Virus record (IMG/VR): IMGVR_UViG_3300025466_000015
Reading direction: 5' to 3' (one strand)
DNA: 64,000 bases
Source of the DNA: a virus
Shown in pieces: positions 9,163 to 18,685 of the stretch. A model generated the notes under the pieces. It saw only the letters and a program-made list of their open reading frames with translations. It ran no database searches and was not told the DNA's origin. Position numbers and translations under genes: made by a program. Numbering within the stretch: position 1 is the first letter of the stretch; the number at the start of each line of letters is the position of its first letter.

Positions 9163-9869
9163 TATCATTCAAAGAATTCATTACTGAAAAGTGTTGGACT
9201 GGATATAAAAGAGTTCCAGGTACAAAAGCATATTCTCCCGGTTCTTGTGAAAAAGAAGAAGTTGAAAAACCAACAGGCAAACTAAAAGATGCTTGTTGGA
9301 CGGGTTATACGGCTGTTGGAACAAAAAAGAAAGATGGTAGAACAGTTCCTAATTGTGTACCAGAAGAAGTTGAAATGGAAGCTTACCATGATCCTTGGAA
9401 AGACAAATATTTTGGTCCAGGAGAAGTAGTCAAACAAAAATATAGAGTTAAGACAGATGACAAAACATATAATGTTAGAGCTGATACCGAAAAACATGCA
9501 CACGAATTGGTAACTAAACATGCTCCTGACTCCACAATTATTTCTATTCAACATAAAGGTTCCGCAAGATGGTCGGAACAAGTTGAAATAGACGAAACTG
9601 CAGCTTGGCAAAGAAAAGCTGGAAAAGATCCAAAAGGTGGCTTAAATAGAAAAGGTATTGCTTCTTATCGTAGAGAGCATCCAGGTTCTAAACTAAGTAT
9701 GGCTGTAACAACAAAGCCATCTAAGTTAAAAAAGGGTAGTAAAGCGGCTAATCGTAGAAAATCATTTTGTGCTAGAATGTCTGGCATGAAAAGAAGACTA
9801 ACATCAGCTAAGACTGCAAGAGATCCAAATTCTAGGATCAATAAGTCATTGAGAAAATGGAATTGCTAA
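9159..9869 (+). CDS. Basic modular protein (DUF6321-like C-terminus), putative internal head protein
   Basis: Leader MISFKEFITE; CWTGY twice; GGLNRKG...RRKSFCARM...SLRKWNC. Confidence 0.65.
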   Translation: MISFKEFITEKCWTGYKRVPGTKAYSPGSCEKEEVEKPTGKLKDACWTGYTAVGTKKKDGRTVPNCVPEEVEMEAYHDPWKDKYFGPGEVVKQKYRVKTDDKTYNVRADTEKHAHELVTKHAPDSTIISIQHKGSARWSEQVEIDETAAWQRKAGKDPKGGLNRKGIASYRREHPGSKLSMAVTTKPSKLKKGSKAANRRKSFCARMSGMKRRLTSAKTARDPNSRINKSLRKWNC

Positions 9870-9888
9870 AAATTAGGAGTATAATAAG

Positions 9889-11202
9889 ATGTTCACGAAA
9901 ACACAAGTCAGCCAATCAGTTATTGATTCAGTTACCAAAATCCTTCAAGAGGATGATTGTGTAACGCCTATGCAATCCAAAAAGATTGCTGATAAAGAAG
10001 TTGATAAACATGAGAAAAGTATGCACAAAGGTAAGAAGCCTACCTTTGAAGAAAAGAAAATGAAAGAAGTAGATGAAGACAAGTTGAAAGAGACTGGTTT
10101 TCATATGGCTGCTCATGCTGCTAAGAAAGCAGGCCAACCACACTTTACATTCCAAGGTAAAAAATATCCAACCACAGCAAAATCTACAGCTGAATCTATG
10201 GACGAAGCTTCCACATTTGACTGGAAAGCAAACAAGGATGAAAAAGATCCTAAGTTTACTACCAAGAAACCTGGCGAGAGAACTGGTCACGATTCTAAGA
10301 AAACAGAAAAAGGTGTTCAATACACTAAGAAGCCACTTAGAACTGATGGCCAAGAATTCAAAAAAGAAGAAACCGAAATGGACTTCAAAGAAAGACTTCT
10401 GGAAAAAAACTGGATTGCTGGTGCTATTAAGAAACCTGGTGCTGAAACTGCTGCCGCTAAAAAAGCTGGTATGAGCGTTCAAGCATATGCACATAAACAC
10501 GCTCACGATACAGGTAAAGCTGGTAAACGTGCTCGCCTAGCAATTACTCTTAAAGGTCTACATAAAGAAGCTAAAGACCATGAGTATTCAGACCCACACA
10601 TGGCCGTTAATCAGTTGAGAACAATCATGACCAATACCGAAGAATTGTTAGGTATGTTGGGTGATACTACTGATTTGCCAGAATGGGTAGAATCTAAAAT
10701 CACTTTGGCTGAAGACTACATTATGACAGTTGCTAATTATATGCGTTCTGAATTACATGAAGACGTTGAATTGGATGAAGGCATGATGGACACCGTTAAA
10801 AAAGTTGGTGGTAAAGTATTGAAAACATTGGGACATGGTTCTGATACTGATATGCGTAAAGACCTACAACGTAAAATGGGTGTACCACAAACTGGTGAGA
10901 AACCAAAGAAAGAAGCAGTAGACCGTGCTCAAGCAACAACAGACACTTTAGCTGGTCGTGTTAAAGGCGGTAAAGATAATGAACACAGTAGCATCAAGGT
11001 TAAATTGAAAGCTGAAGCTACTGAAAAACATGATGACAAGCCACCATTTGATGGTCCTTACACAAAAGTTAAAGGTGATGTCAAAGACAAATCTGGTGCT
11101 GTTCACACACCAATGAGTCGTGCCAAACATTTGGCTAGACAAGCAATGAAAAAAGTTAAAAATGAAATGATGATTGGTAAAGCTGGCGGTACATCTGAAT
11201 GA
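9889..11202 (+). CDS. Lys/Glu-rich modular protein, putative internal head polyprotein
   Basis: GGAG RBS; short modules separated by (L/I/M/V)xE sites. Confidence 0.55.
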   Translation: MFTKTQVSQSVIDSVTKILQEDDCVTPMQSKKIADKEVDKHEKSMHKGKKPTFEEKKMKEVDEDKLKETGFHMAAHAAKKAGQPHFTFQGKKYPTTAKSTAESMDEASTFDWKANKDEKDPKFTTKKPGERTGHDSKKTEKGVQYTKKPLRTDGQEFKKEETEMDFKERLLEKNWIAGAIKKPGAETAAAKKAGMSVQAYAHKHAHDTGKAGKRARLAITLKGLHKEAKDHEYSDPHMAVNQLRTIMTNTEELLGMLGDTTDLPEWVESKITLAEDYIMTVANYMRSELHEDVELDEGMMDTVKKVGGKVLKTLGHGSDTDMRKDLQRKMGVPQTGEKPKKEAVDRAQATTDTLAGRVKGGKDNEHSSIKVKLKAEATEKHDDKPPFDGPYTKVKGDVKDKSGAVHTPMSRAKHLARQAMKKVKNEMMIGKAGGTSE

Positions 11203-12593
11203 GTAAATCCGATACATTAAAATCGGTTGTAAAAAAGGTGGCAGATAAGTCCACCTTTGGTACAAACCCAAAAGACCCATGGTCTACCAAATCTGGAATA
11301 TCTGAAGATAGATATTTGGACACTTACCTCAGCACTAGAGGTATCAATCCAAAGTTTGCTACTAAGGATGTTAAGATAGCACACTCCAAATCAAATCAAT
11401 TTTTGAATTGGAAAAGGTCTCACCTAAACATGCGTGAAGATTTGACTACTGGTAGAGAAACGACCGATGTGAGATCCAAAGTTGCACAATCACCAACTTT
11501 GAAAAGAAAAAACGAATTACAAAAGTCTGTTAAACATTATATTGTAAAAAGTCCAACAGGCAGTATGCACAAAGAAGACTTTACCGATGAAGAAGTTGAT
11601 ATATTAATTAACGAAGTTTTGGGTAAAGACGCCAAGGCTTATGATTGGATTCACCACTTTGTTCATTCAGATAATCCTAAGTTTGATGGTAAATCTAAAA
11701 AGAAACGTCAAAAGATGGCTCTTGCTGCCTACTATGCCAAACAGAATGAATCATTGGGTGATGATTTTCTAAAGATGATGAAAGACAAAGGTATCAAACA
11801 CCGTGTTCACGGTACACCTGACCAAGAGAAACAAAGAACTGCTGATAAGTTGGCTGCCAATAAAGCCAAAGCAGATGCTGCACCAAAATCAACTAAAAAG
11901 GATGACCAAGGTGGATTTGGTACACATCGTGGTTATGGACAAGGCCGTTACATGGGTGATTCGGTAGAGTTAGATAGCGATGCACTCATTAATGAATTGA
12001 GTAAAGAGAAATTGGGTGGTTTCATAAAAAAATCAAAAGAAACATTTAAAGATTTGCCTACTGAAAAGAAAGGCAATAGATTAAGAAATGTAATTAAAGC
12101 TGCAATCAAAAAAGATGCAAAGAATGAAGAAGTTGATTTGGATGAAGCCAAAATGAGTGCTTCTATGAAACTGAGCAATGCTTTAGGTCGTGAAAAGGCC
12201 AAATCTACTGCCAGTATGCAACGTGCTAAAGAAATGATGGACAAGATTAAACAGGATGTCAAAGCTAAGAGTGAAAAACCTCCTATCAAAGAAGACAGAA
12301 TCAAATCTGCTAGAATAATCAAGTCCATATATAAAAAAAAGAATATGAAAGAAGAAATGTACGACCATGAGAAAGATGACAAAGGTAGTTCATCGGTCTA
12401 TGGTAAAGCACCTAAAGTAGGTAAATCCAAAGAAGAAGGTGAAAGTACTAATAAGGCAGCTGCCGTATTAAAGGGTGGTACAACATTAACTGGTCAAAGT
12501 AGAGATACAATTGAAATTGATCCAATGATGAGAACCCGTCCAACAAATGGTGCTTCGCCTGAAGATGCCAGAAGTAAAAAGAGTATCGGATAA
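11199..12593 (+). CDS. Lys-rich modular protein, putative internal head polyprotein
   Basis: Modules follow LINE, LDE and IKE sites; DWIHHFVHSDNPKF module. Confidence 0.55.
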   Translation: MSKSDTLKSVVKKVADKSTFGTNPKDPWSTKSGISEDRYLDTYLSTRGINPKFATKDVKIAHSKSNQFLNWKRSHLNMREDLTTGRETTDVRSKVAQSPTLKRKNELQKSVKHYIVKSPTGSMHKEDFTDEEVDILINEVLGKDAKAYDWIHHFVHSDNPKFDGKSKKKRQKMALAAYYAKQNESLGDDFLKMMKDKGIKHRVHGTPDQEKQRTADKLAANKAKADAAPKSTKKDDQGGFGTHRGYGQGRYMGDSVELDSDALINELSKEKLGGFIKKSKETFKDLPTEKKGNRLRNVIKAAIKKDAKNEEVDLDEAKMSASMKLSNALGREKAKSTASMQRAKEMMDKIKQDVKAKSEKPPIKEDRIKSARIIKSIYKKKNMKEEMYDHEKDDKGSSSVYGKAPKVGKSKEEGESTNKAAAVLKGGTTLTGQSRDTIEIDPMMRTRPTNGASPEDARSKKSIG

Positions 12594-12629
12594 ATATAAA
12601 ATAAATAGGATTTCTTAAGGAGAAAAAAC

Positions 12630-13364
12630 ATGTCCTCATGGGGTAATAACGACAACGCAGCCAACGCACCATATTGGGCTGTTAATTCAACACTGGTGTC
12701 CGTAGATAGACAACCTGTAGGTACAAGACCTACAGCTGCTAACGTTGCTCTATTATATGGTAACACAACACCTGATGTTTATACAACAGGCAAAACTATT
12801 GGTTTGTTTTTGGCAGATGCTGTTGAAGAACAAGTTCAAGAGAATATTGGTTACAAACCTGCACATTCTGGTTGGAATCTGAAAACTACAGGTTCTGGTG
12901 GTCGTGCTGGTCGTATTCAATGGGAAACTTTAGTTGCTTTAGCTAACGTCACAACAGACAACAATGGTTCAGATGATGCAGTATTACCGGATGCTATCAT
13001 CACCATTTCTCAACCTATTGCTCGCAATCCTGTTCCAGTTAGTGCAGCTTCTGCTAATACAGTAACATTCTCTGTTGCTGGTACAACTGCTGTTCCAGAT
13101 TCTGCTGTATTGACATATCAATGGCAAGTTAATGCTGGTGGAATGTCTTGGGTTGACATTAATCCAGGTACCAATATTTCTACTGGCCAACCTGGCGGTA
13201 CGAATAAGACTGGCGCTAATACTGCTACATTGATCCTAGATCCAACAGATGTAACAGCAAACAACTATGTGTTCCGTGCTGTGGTGACTGCAACTAATCC
13301 AGGAATTTCAGGTTCCTCTGCTGTTGCTTACTCATCTAACGCTCAGATTATTATTGTTGCTTAA
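12630..13364 (+). CDS. Virion structural protein with C-terminal Ig-like domain
   Basis: LTYQWQ...W.DI...TATL...YVFRAVV pattern; ATAAATA late-promoter-like sites at 12590-12607; AAGGAG RBS. Confidence 0.65.
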   Translation: MSSWGNNDNAANAPYWAVNSTLVSVDRQPVGTRPTAANVALLYGNTTPDVYTTGKTIGLFLADAVEEQVQENIGYKPAHSGWNLKTTGSGGRAGRIQWETLVALANVTTDNNGSDDAVLPDAIITISQPIARNPVPVSAASANTVTFSVAGTTAVPDSAVLTYQWQVNAGGMSWVDINPGTNISTGQPGGTNKTGANTATLILDPTDVTANNYVFRAVVTATNPGISGSSAVAYSSNAQIIIVA

Positions 13365-13368
13365 TACA

Positions 13369-13386
13369 TGGGGGCTACGGCCCCCA
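13369..13386 (+). terminator. GC-rich hairpin, possible terminator or processing signal
   Basis: TGGGGGC-TACG-GCCCCCA right after the stop; no clear U tract. Confidence 0.45.
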
Positions 13387-13393
13387 ATATAAT

Positions 13394-13780
13394 ATGTTTG
13401 ATAATTTGAATGAAGATAATTTCATGATGTATGCTATGAAGTGCTATACGTCACCTCATTGTATTATGTCTGAATTTGAAAGTGATATTAAGAGAACAAA
13501 ATATCTTAAAAGACTTTTTAGAAGATATAAGATAACAAAATCTCTTAAAGAACGTTTAATTCTGAATCACATTATTTTATTGAACAATGTTTTTGGTAAA
13601 GATGCTTGTGCCAGAATATTGTTCTATAAAATAGACGAAAGAGATTATGACATATTGAAGACATTTTTAATGTACCTCAATATTATGCCTGATGGTGTTT
13701 ATGGTATTAATGGTAAGAATATCCCAGTAGCTGATATTCCAATAGATACAAATGTCGCAGAGATATTAAGCAAAATATGA
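13394..13780 (+). CDS. Conserved T4-like phage hypothetical protein
   Basis: YLKRLFRRY...ERLILNHIILLNNVFG motif. Confidence 0.65.
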   Translation: MFDNLNEDNFMMYAMKCYTSPHCIMSEFESDIKRTKYLKRLFRRYKITKSLKERLILNHIILLNNVFGKDACARILFYKIDERDYDILKTFLMYLNIMPDGVYGINGKNIPVADIPIDTNVAEILSKI

Positions 13781-13998
13781 AATCATTCAAACAGTTTAAT
13801 GAAGATGGCGGCGCAGGCGGTGGTGCTGGTGGCGGTGCCATGGGTGGTTCTGCTGGTCCAACAAATACTGTCGGTGGCGGTGCAATTGCCGGTACTGGTG
13901 GTAAAGGTGGTGAACCTGGTGTTTACCTTAATAAAAAAAGAAAAAATGATCCAAGATTACCAATGGGTATAGGTCGTAGAAAATCACCTAAGATTTAA
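13777..13998 (+). CDS. Gly-rich small protein with capsid-targeting-like leader
   Basis: MKSFKQFNE leader, PTNTVGGGAIAG, basic tail. Confidence 0.6.
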   Translation: MKSFKQFNEDGGAGGGAGGGAMGGSAGPTNTVGGGAIAGTGGKGGEPGVYLNKKRKNDPRLPMGIGRRKSPKI

Positions 13999-14415
13999 AT
14001 GTGGATTATCAAATTCTTACCTGATTGGATCTTTTACGCTATATTAGTGGCTGGCACTATTGGCCTATTGATTGGTCGTTTTATGCCTCCAATGTACAAG
14101 ACTGCTGTTCAAGTAGGTTCATTGGTTGCATTTGTATTTGGTACTTTTATGACAGGGGCTATATACGACAATAACGCATGGGTCGAAAGAGTAGATGAGA
14201 TGAAAGCCAAGGTTGCTGAGGCAGAAGCCAAAGGTAAAGAAGAAACTGTTAGAGTAGAAACAAAAGTGGTGACCAAAACACAAGTCATCAAAGAAAAAGC
14301 TCAGGTTGTCAAACAATACATTGACCGTGAAATTACAAAGTATGATAATCAATGTGTAATACCTAAAGAATTTGTAAAAGCACATAATGATGCAGCTGAG
14401 GCACCAGTAAAATGA
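13999..14415 (+). CDS. Putative i-spanin (Rz-like)
   Basis: N-terminal TM segments, helical periplasmic region, C-terminal Cys; overlaps a lipoprotein gene. Confidence 0.65.
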   Translation: MWIIKFLPDWIFYAILVAGTIGLLIGRFMPPMYKTAVQVGSLVAFVFGTFMTGAIYDNNAWVERVDEMKAKVAEAEAKGKEETVRVETKVVTKTQVIKEKAQVVKQYIDREITKYDNQCVIPKEFVKAHNDAAEAPVK

Positions 14416-14675
14416 AATATCTAATTATTACACTATTATTATGTTTGGCTGGTTGTTCTACAACAGTACCGGTTACGGCTAAGTTTCCAGAAGCATCTAA
14501 TATTTTAAAACAACAATGTCCACCTTTGGTTAAATTAAAAGATGATGCCAAATTAAGTGATGTGGCTAATACTGTCACAATTAACTATTCTACATATTAT
14601 GAATGTGCTGTAAAAGTAGATGGTTGGATAGAATGGTATGAGGTTCAAAAACAAATATTTGAATCTGTTAAATAA
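14412..14675 (+). CDS. Putative o-spanin lipoprotein (Rz1-like)
   Basis: Lipobox LAGC, Pro-rich segment, two further Cys. Confidence 0.7.
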   Translation: MKYLIITLLLCLAGCSTTVPVTAKFPEASNILKQQCPPLVKLKDDAKLSDVANTVTINYSTYYECAVKVDGWIEWYEVQKQIFESVK

Positions 14676-14718
14676 ACTAAATAAAGTACGAGTACACTTT
14701 TCAACTTAAGGAAAAATC

Positions 14719-14961
14719 ATGGCAACATCAGCAAATACATTAGCAGAAATTGCATTGTCTCTAAAAGACCAATATTATGCAAATACGATTACTCTTGCTT
14801 CTTATAAGAATCAAGTAAACACAGCAATCGTTACACAAGTAGAAAACAATCCAGATTTCAAATTGATTCAAAATGACGCAGCAATTGCTAATGTCTATAT
14901 GGTTATTTCTGACGCTAAAACGGCTGACGAAAGTACAAAACCAAAACCAAGAACGAAATAA
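14719..14961 (+). CDS. Hypothetical protein
   Basis: AAGGA RBS; CTAAATA late-like site upstream. Confidence 0.5.
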   Translation: MATSANTLAEIALSLKDQYYANTITLASYKNQVNTAIVTQVENNPDFKLIQNDAAIANVYMVISDAKTADESTKPKPRTK

Positions 14962-14970
14962 TAGTATATC

Positions 14971-15591
14971 ATGGAATTGACCAAAGAGCAGTTATCACAA
15001 CTGCTTCCTAAAAACCCATATCTTGACCATTGGTTTCATGCTCTAGAGCAGTTACTACCGGATTACGAGATTAACACACCAAAGCGCATGGCTGCGTTTC
15101 TGGCTCAATGTGCTCACGAATCCGGTAACTTTACTGCTACTAAAGAAAACCTAAACTATCGTCCCGAAACATTAGTTAAATTGTTTGGTAAGTATTTTGA
15201 TTTACCAACAGCACAAAGTTACTGTGCCTTACCTAATAAACAGGAAGCGATTGCCAACAGAATCTATGCTAATCGTATGGGTAATGGTGATGAAGCCTCT
15301 GGTGATGGTTATAGATATTGTGGTCGTGGCCTAATTCAAGTTACTGGCAAAGCAAATTATACCGACTTTGCGGATAGTTTACAAATTACTCCACAAGAAG
15401 CTTCTGAATATATGCACACCTTTGAAGGTGCAGCTCAATCAGCTTGTTGGTTTTGGGAAACAAGAAAATTAAATGATTATGCTGACCGTGGTGATATCAA
15501 AGGCATGACTAAAATTATCAACGGTGGTTATATTGGTTTAGAAGATCGTATATCTCACTTTGAACATGCATTACATATATTTGGAGAATAA
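14971..15591 (+). CDS. Glycoside hydrolase family 19 endolysin
   Basis: AAFLAQCAHES, ENLNY, YCGRGLIQVTGKANY, TKIINGGYIGLEDR. Confidence 0.9.
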   Translation: MELTKEQLSQLLPKNPYLDHWFHALEQLLPDYEINTPKRMAAFLAQCAHESGNFTATKENLNYRPETLVKLFGKYFDLPTAQSYCALPNKQEAIANRIYANRMGNGDEASGDGYRYCGRGLIQVTGKANYTDFADSLQITPQEASEYMHTFEGAAQSACWFWETRKLNDYADRGDIKGMTKIINGGYIGLEDRISHFEHALHIFGE

Positions 15592-15593
15592 AA

Positions 15594-15902
15594 GTGCATG
15601 ACCATAAGCTGTTTTTTGGGGCAGCATTATTATTGATACTGCCTCTTTCGTTGGCGTTTTTTGGCCATGACCAATTTCGCTATCCTTGTCAAGATCCACT
15701 AAATTGGGAGAAAGAGGAATGTAAATTCCCTATATGTGATGTTACTAGAACCTGTCCTGAACAAATTTTCAAAGGTCAAAGGGATCCTAGATTGGGTCCG
15801 CCACCTGCAGCAGACCAAGGTCAATCCTCTGCTCAAAGCTTTAAATCTACGCCTACACCAATTGGTCAAATCCAAGGAGCGAATTGTGGACCAACAAAAT
15901 AA
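15594..15902 (+). CDS. Exported Cys-rich hypothetical protein
   Basis: N-terminal hydrophobic helix; RYPCQDP...C...C...C. Confidence 0.55.
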   Translation: MHDHKLFFGAALLLILPLSLAFFGHDQFRYPCQDPLNWEKEECKFPICDVTRTCPEQIFKGQRDPRLGPPPAADQGQSSAQSFKSTPTPIGQIQGANCGPTK

Positions 15903-16389
15903 TGTACCGTTTATGTATACCGAAGACCAGCTTATGGCTCGTCTTAAATTTTTTATTGGTATTTGTTTAGCCTTGACATTGACAGGTATTGTTTTTGTTG
16001 TGCTCTATTCTATTATCTTTATTACTCAACCGTTGAATGCTATTAGTCCTATCGACCAAAAGTTCTTTGAGATGATTATTCCAATTGCCACATTCTTAAC
16101 AGGTACTTTATCTGGTATCATGTTGGCTGGTGGTGATAAGGATTTACAAGCAAAGGCATTAGATGCAGCAAACAGACCAACGCCAGTTTCTCCCCCGCCA
16201 TCAACGCCTAACGTATCACCAAGCTTCTCTCCAATTCCTAGCACGCCGCCAGCAGGATTCTCAAGTCCACCCAGTTTTACTCCTCCACCAGCACCCATTG
16301 ACAACTCAATTGGTGGACCAATTGGTGGACCCATACCAGGTTTTGGAGGCAAACTAGCACCTCCTCCTGCACCACAACCTCTAATTTAA
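15886..16389 (+). CDS. Two-TM membrane protein with Pro-rich tail (holin candidate)
   Basis: GTG start after AAGGAG; two hydrophobic helices; lysis context. Confidence 0.5.
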   Translation: MDQQNNVPFMYTEDQLMARLKFFIGICLALTLTGIVFVVLYSIIFITQPLNAISPIDQKFFEMIIPIATFLTGTLSGIMLAGGDKDLQAKALDAANRPTPVSPPPSTPNVSPSFSPIPSTPPAGFSSPPSFTPPPAPIDNSIGGPIGGPIPGFGGKLAPPPAPQPLI

Positions 16390-16398
16390 GGATACAAA

Positions 16399-16578
16399 AT
16401 GAAATCACTAATTTTTGCTGTTATTGTCTCTATTGCTTCTTTAAATGCTTTTGCTGAAGCTGAGACTAAAAAAGTTTGCCATGATGAAACTAAAAATGGT
16501 AAAACAACTCAAGTATGTAAAACCATCAAAGTTCATAAGAAACTTGAAGGCACAGATATTCCTGAAAAGAAAAAATAA
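16399..16578 (+). CDS. Small secreted protein (59 aa, not in ORF track)
   Basis: AAGGA RBS; MKSLIFAVIVSIASLNAFA signal peptide; two Cys. Confidence 0.6.
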   Translation: MKSLIFAVIVSIASLNAFAEAETKKVCHDETKNGKTTQVCKTIKVHKKLEGTDIPEKKK

Positions 16579-16884
16579 ATGGCAACAACAGTAGAACGAT
16601 TAGGTATTGTTGAGACCAAGGTCCAAAATCTTAATGAAAAGATGGACGACCTTAAAATTGATGTAAAAGATATGCACGATTGTCTTGATAAAACAAGAGA
16701 TGCAATCAAAACACAATTAGCTGAAATGTATGATGCGTCCTGTACTCAACATGCCGAATTGGCCAAGAAGATTTCTTCTTTGGAAAAAACAAAAGAAAAA
16801 TGGACTTGGATTATTGCTGGTATAATTGGTGCTGGTGGTTTTTTTGCTGGTCATGCCGATAAGTTACTTCAATTATTTTTTTAA
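16579..16884 (+). CDS. Coiled-coil protein with C-terminal TM segment
   Basis: Heptad pattern followed by WTWIIAGIIGAGGFFA. Confidence 0.55.
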   Translation: MATTVERLGIVETKVQNLNEKMDDLKIDVKDMHDCLDKTRDAIKTQLAEMYDASCTQHAELAKKISSLEKTKEKWTWIIAGIIGAGGFFAGHADKLLQLFF

Positions 16885-16900
16885 TTGCCATTTACTTTAC

Positions 16901-16929
16901 TTGACTTGATGTTAAATAGATGATATAAT
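16901..16929 (+). promoter_or_regulatory. sigma70-type promoter for the primase operon
   Basis: TTGACT-17 nt-TATAAT. Confidence 0.7.
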
Positions 16930-16962
16930 AACAAAACTTATTTCATCTTTTTAATTTTTATT

Positions 16963-17976
16963 ATGTCCGTTTTTATTGATAGAAATTTTCTTCTTCAAGT
17001 TTCACCTAAGTTACAGAACTTCACCCAAAAAAAGGATGACCTCTATAATTTCAGGTGTCCGCTCTGTGGCGACTCACAGAAAAATAAATCAAAATCCCGT
17101 GGATATGTTTTTCGTAAAGGTAATAATTACTTTTATAAATGCCATAACTGCCATGTTTGTATTTCCTTTTACAATTTTTTAGATAAGGTTGATCCGGAAC
17201 TAATCAAAGAATATCAACTTGAAAGATATAAAGATGGAAACAACAATAAAACCGACCATAAAGCACCGACATTTGAGGAGTTCAAAACCAAGCCTGTATT
17301 CAAAAAGGCACTCCCAATTCCTAACATTGAATCGCTTCCAGAAGAACATTATGCTAAAGCTTATGTTAGGTCTAGAAAAATCCCCGAACAGTTTTACCAA
17401 ACGCTGTATTTTGCGGAAGACTTTAAGAAGTTTGTTCAAGACCTTAAGATACCGAAAGATGGCCTCCAAGACGATGACCCTAGGCTGGTAATACCATTTT
17501 ACGACAAAGATAAAAATCTAGTTTCCTTTCAAGGCCGTGCTCTTGGTGAATCCAAACTAAGATATATCACCGTAAAGATGAATGAAGAAAGTGCCAAAGT
17601 CTATGGTCTTGATAGGATTGATGAGGAGAAGAAGATATATGTTACAGAAGGTCCTATTGACTCTATGTTTGTGGATAACTGTGTGGCTACTGCTGATGCT
17701 AATCTACCTTCAATTACCAGAATATTTGATAAATCACGGGTGGTTCTTATTTTTGATAACGAACCCCGAAACAAAGACATTGTAAAAAAAATGGAAGAAT
17801 CCATTGAAGAACATTACCAACTGGTAATTTGGCCTGAGATGATGGAAGGTTACAAAGATATTAACGAAATGATTCTAGACGGCTTTACAACAGATGAAAT
17901 TCAAGATATAATAGATAACAACACATTCGTTAACCTTAGAGCTAAAATGGAATTTATAAAATGGAAAAAAGTATGA
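16963..17976 (+). CDS. 61: DNA primase (T4 gp61-like)
   Basis: NFRCPLCGDSQKNKSKSRGY zinc ribbon, FQGR, TEGPIDSMF TOPRIM, DNEPRN, KDINEM. Confidence 0.95.
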   Translation: MSVFIDRNFLLQVSPKLQNFTQKKDDLYNFRCPLCGDSQKNKSKSRGYVFRKGNNYFYKCHNCHVCISFYNFLDKVDPELIKEYQLERYKDGNNNKTDHKAPTFEEFKTKPVFKKALPIPNIESLPEEHYAKAYVRSRKIPEQFYQTLYFAEDFKKFVQDLKIPKDGLQDDDPRLVIPFYDKDKNLVSFQGRALGESKLRYITVKMNEESAKVYGLDRIDEEKKIYVTEGPIDSMFVDNCVATADANLPSITRIFDKSRVVLIFDNEPRNKDIVKKMEESIEEHYQLVIWPEMMEGYKDINEMILDGFTTDEIQDIIDNNTFVNLRAKMEFIKWKKV

Positions 17977-18665
17977 CGGTAAAATTAATAAATTATTCAC
18001 AGGTCCCATGGGAAAATGTAATGGGGGTTGATGTAAATGATAAAATAAATTTGTTGGACCAGATTGCTTATTGTGCGAGAGTCTCCAACCCATCCAATCA
18101 AGATACAAACGCTCCATCAGATAAGTTGGTAAGATATCTCATTAAGAACCAACACTGGTCTCCGTTTGAAATGGTGAGTGCCTGTCTTGAGATTAATACC
18201 ACTAGAGACATTGCTAGACAAATTCTTAGGCATCGTTCCTTCTCGTTCCAAGAGTTTTCCCAAAGGTATGCAGATGCTTCTCAATTAGGCTTTGAACCTA
18301 GAGAGGCAAGATACCAAGACACTAAAAATCGTCAGAATAGTACCGAACTAGACTTGAATATAGATGACGATAGGAGACTGGCCTATCAATGGGAATTGAT
18401 GCAAAATGATATACTAAAAAGAATCCAATCAACATACGAATGGGCTCTTGAAAAAGGTATTGCCAAAGAGCAGGCTCGTGCTGTTTTGCCAGAAGGTATG
18501 ACCAAATCTCGAATGTACATGAACGGAACCCTCAGGTCTTGGATACACTATATACAACTCCGAAGCGGAAACGGAACTCAAAAAGAACATAGAGAAGTAG
18601 CAATTGCCTGTGCTGAAGCTTTAGAACCTGTGTTCCCTATGATTACCGAATTTATTACACAATAA
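17973..18665 (+). CDS. thyX: Flavin-dependent thymidylate synthase
   Basis: HWSPFE, RQILRHRSFSFQEFSQRY, EQARAVLP, TQKEHR. Confidence 0.95.
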   Translation: MTVKLINYSQVPWENVMGVDVNDKINLLDQIAYCARVSNPSNQDTNAPSDKLVRYLIKNQHWSPFEMVSACLEINTTRDIARQILRHRSFSFQEFSQRYADASQLGFEPREARYQDTKNRQNSTELDLNIDDDRRLAYQWELMQNDILKRIQSTYEWALEKGIAKEQARAVLPEGMTKSRMYMNGTLRSWIHYIQLRSGNGTQKEHREVAIACAEALEPVFPMITEFITQ

Positions 18666-18685
18666 CAATTATAAGGCAAGAAAAT

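Noticed and set aside
9928-10506. Long antisense or alternate-frame ORFs (also 10115-10474, 11948-12382, 23390-23875)
   Set aside because: Shadows of biased coding strands, with no clear RBS and no codon shift in the host frame, unlike 8246-8560
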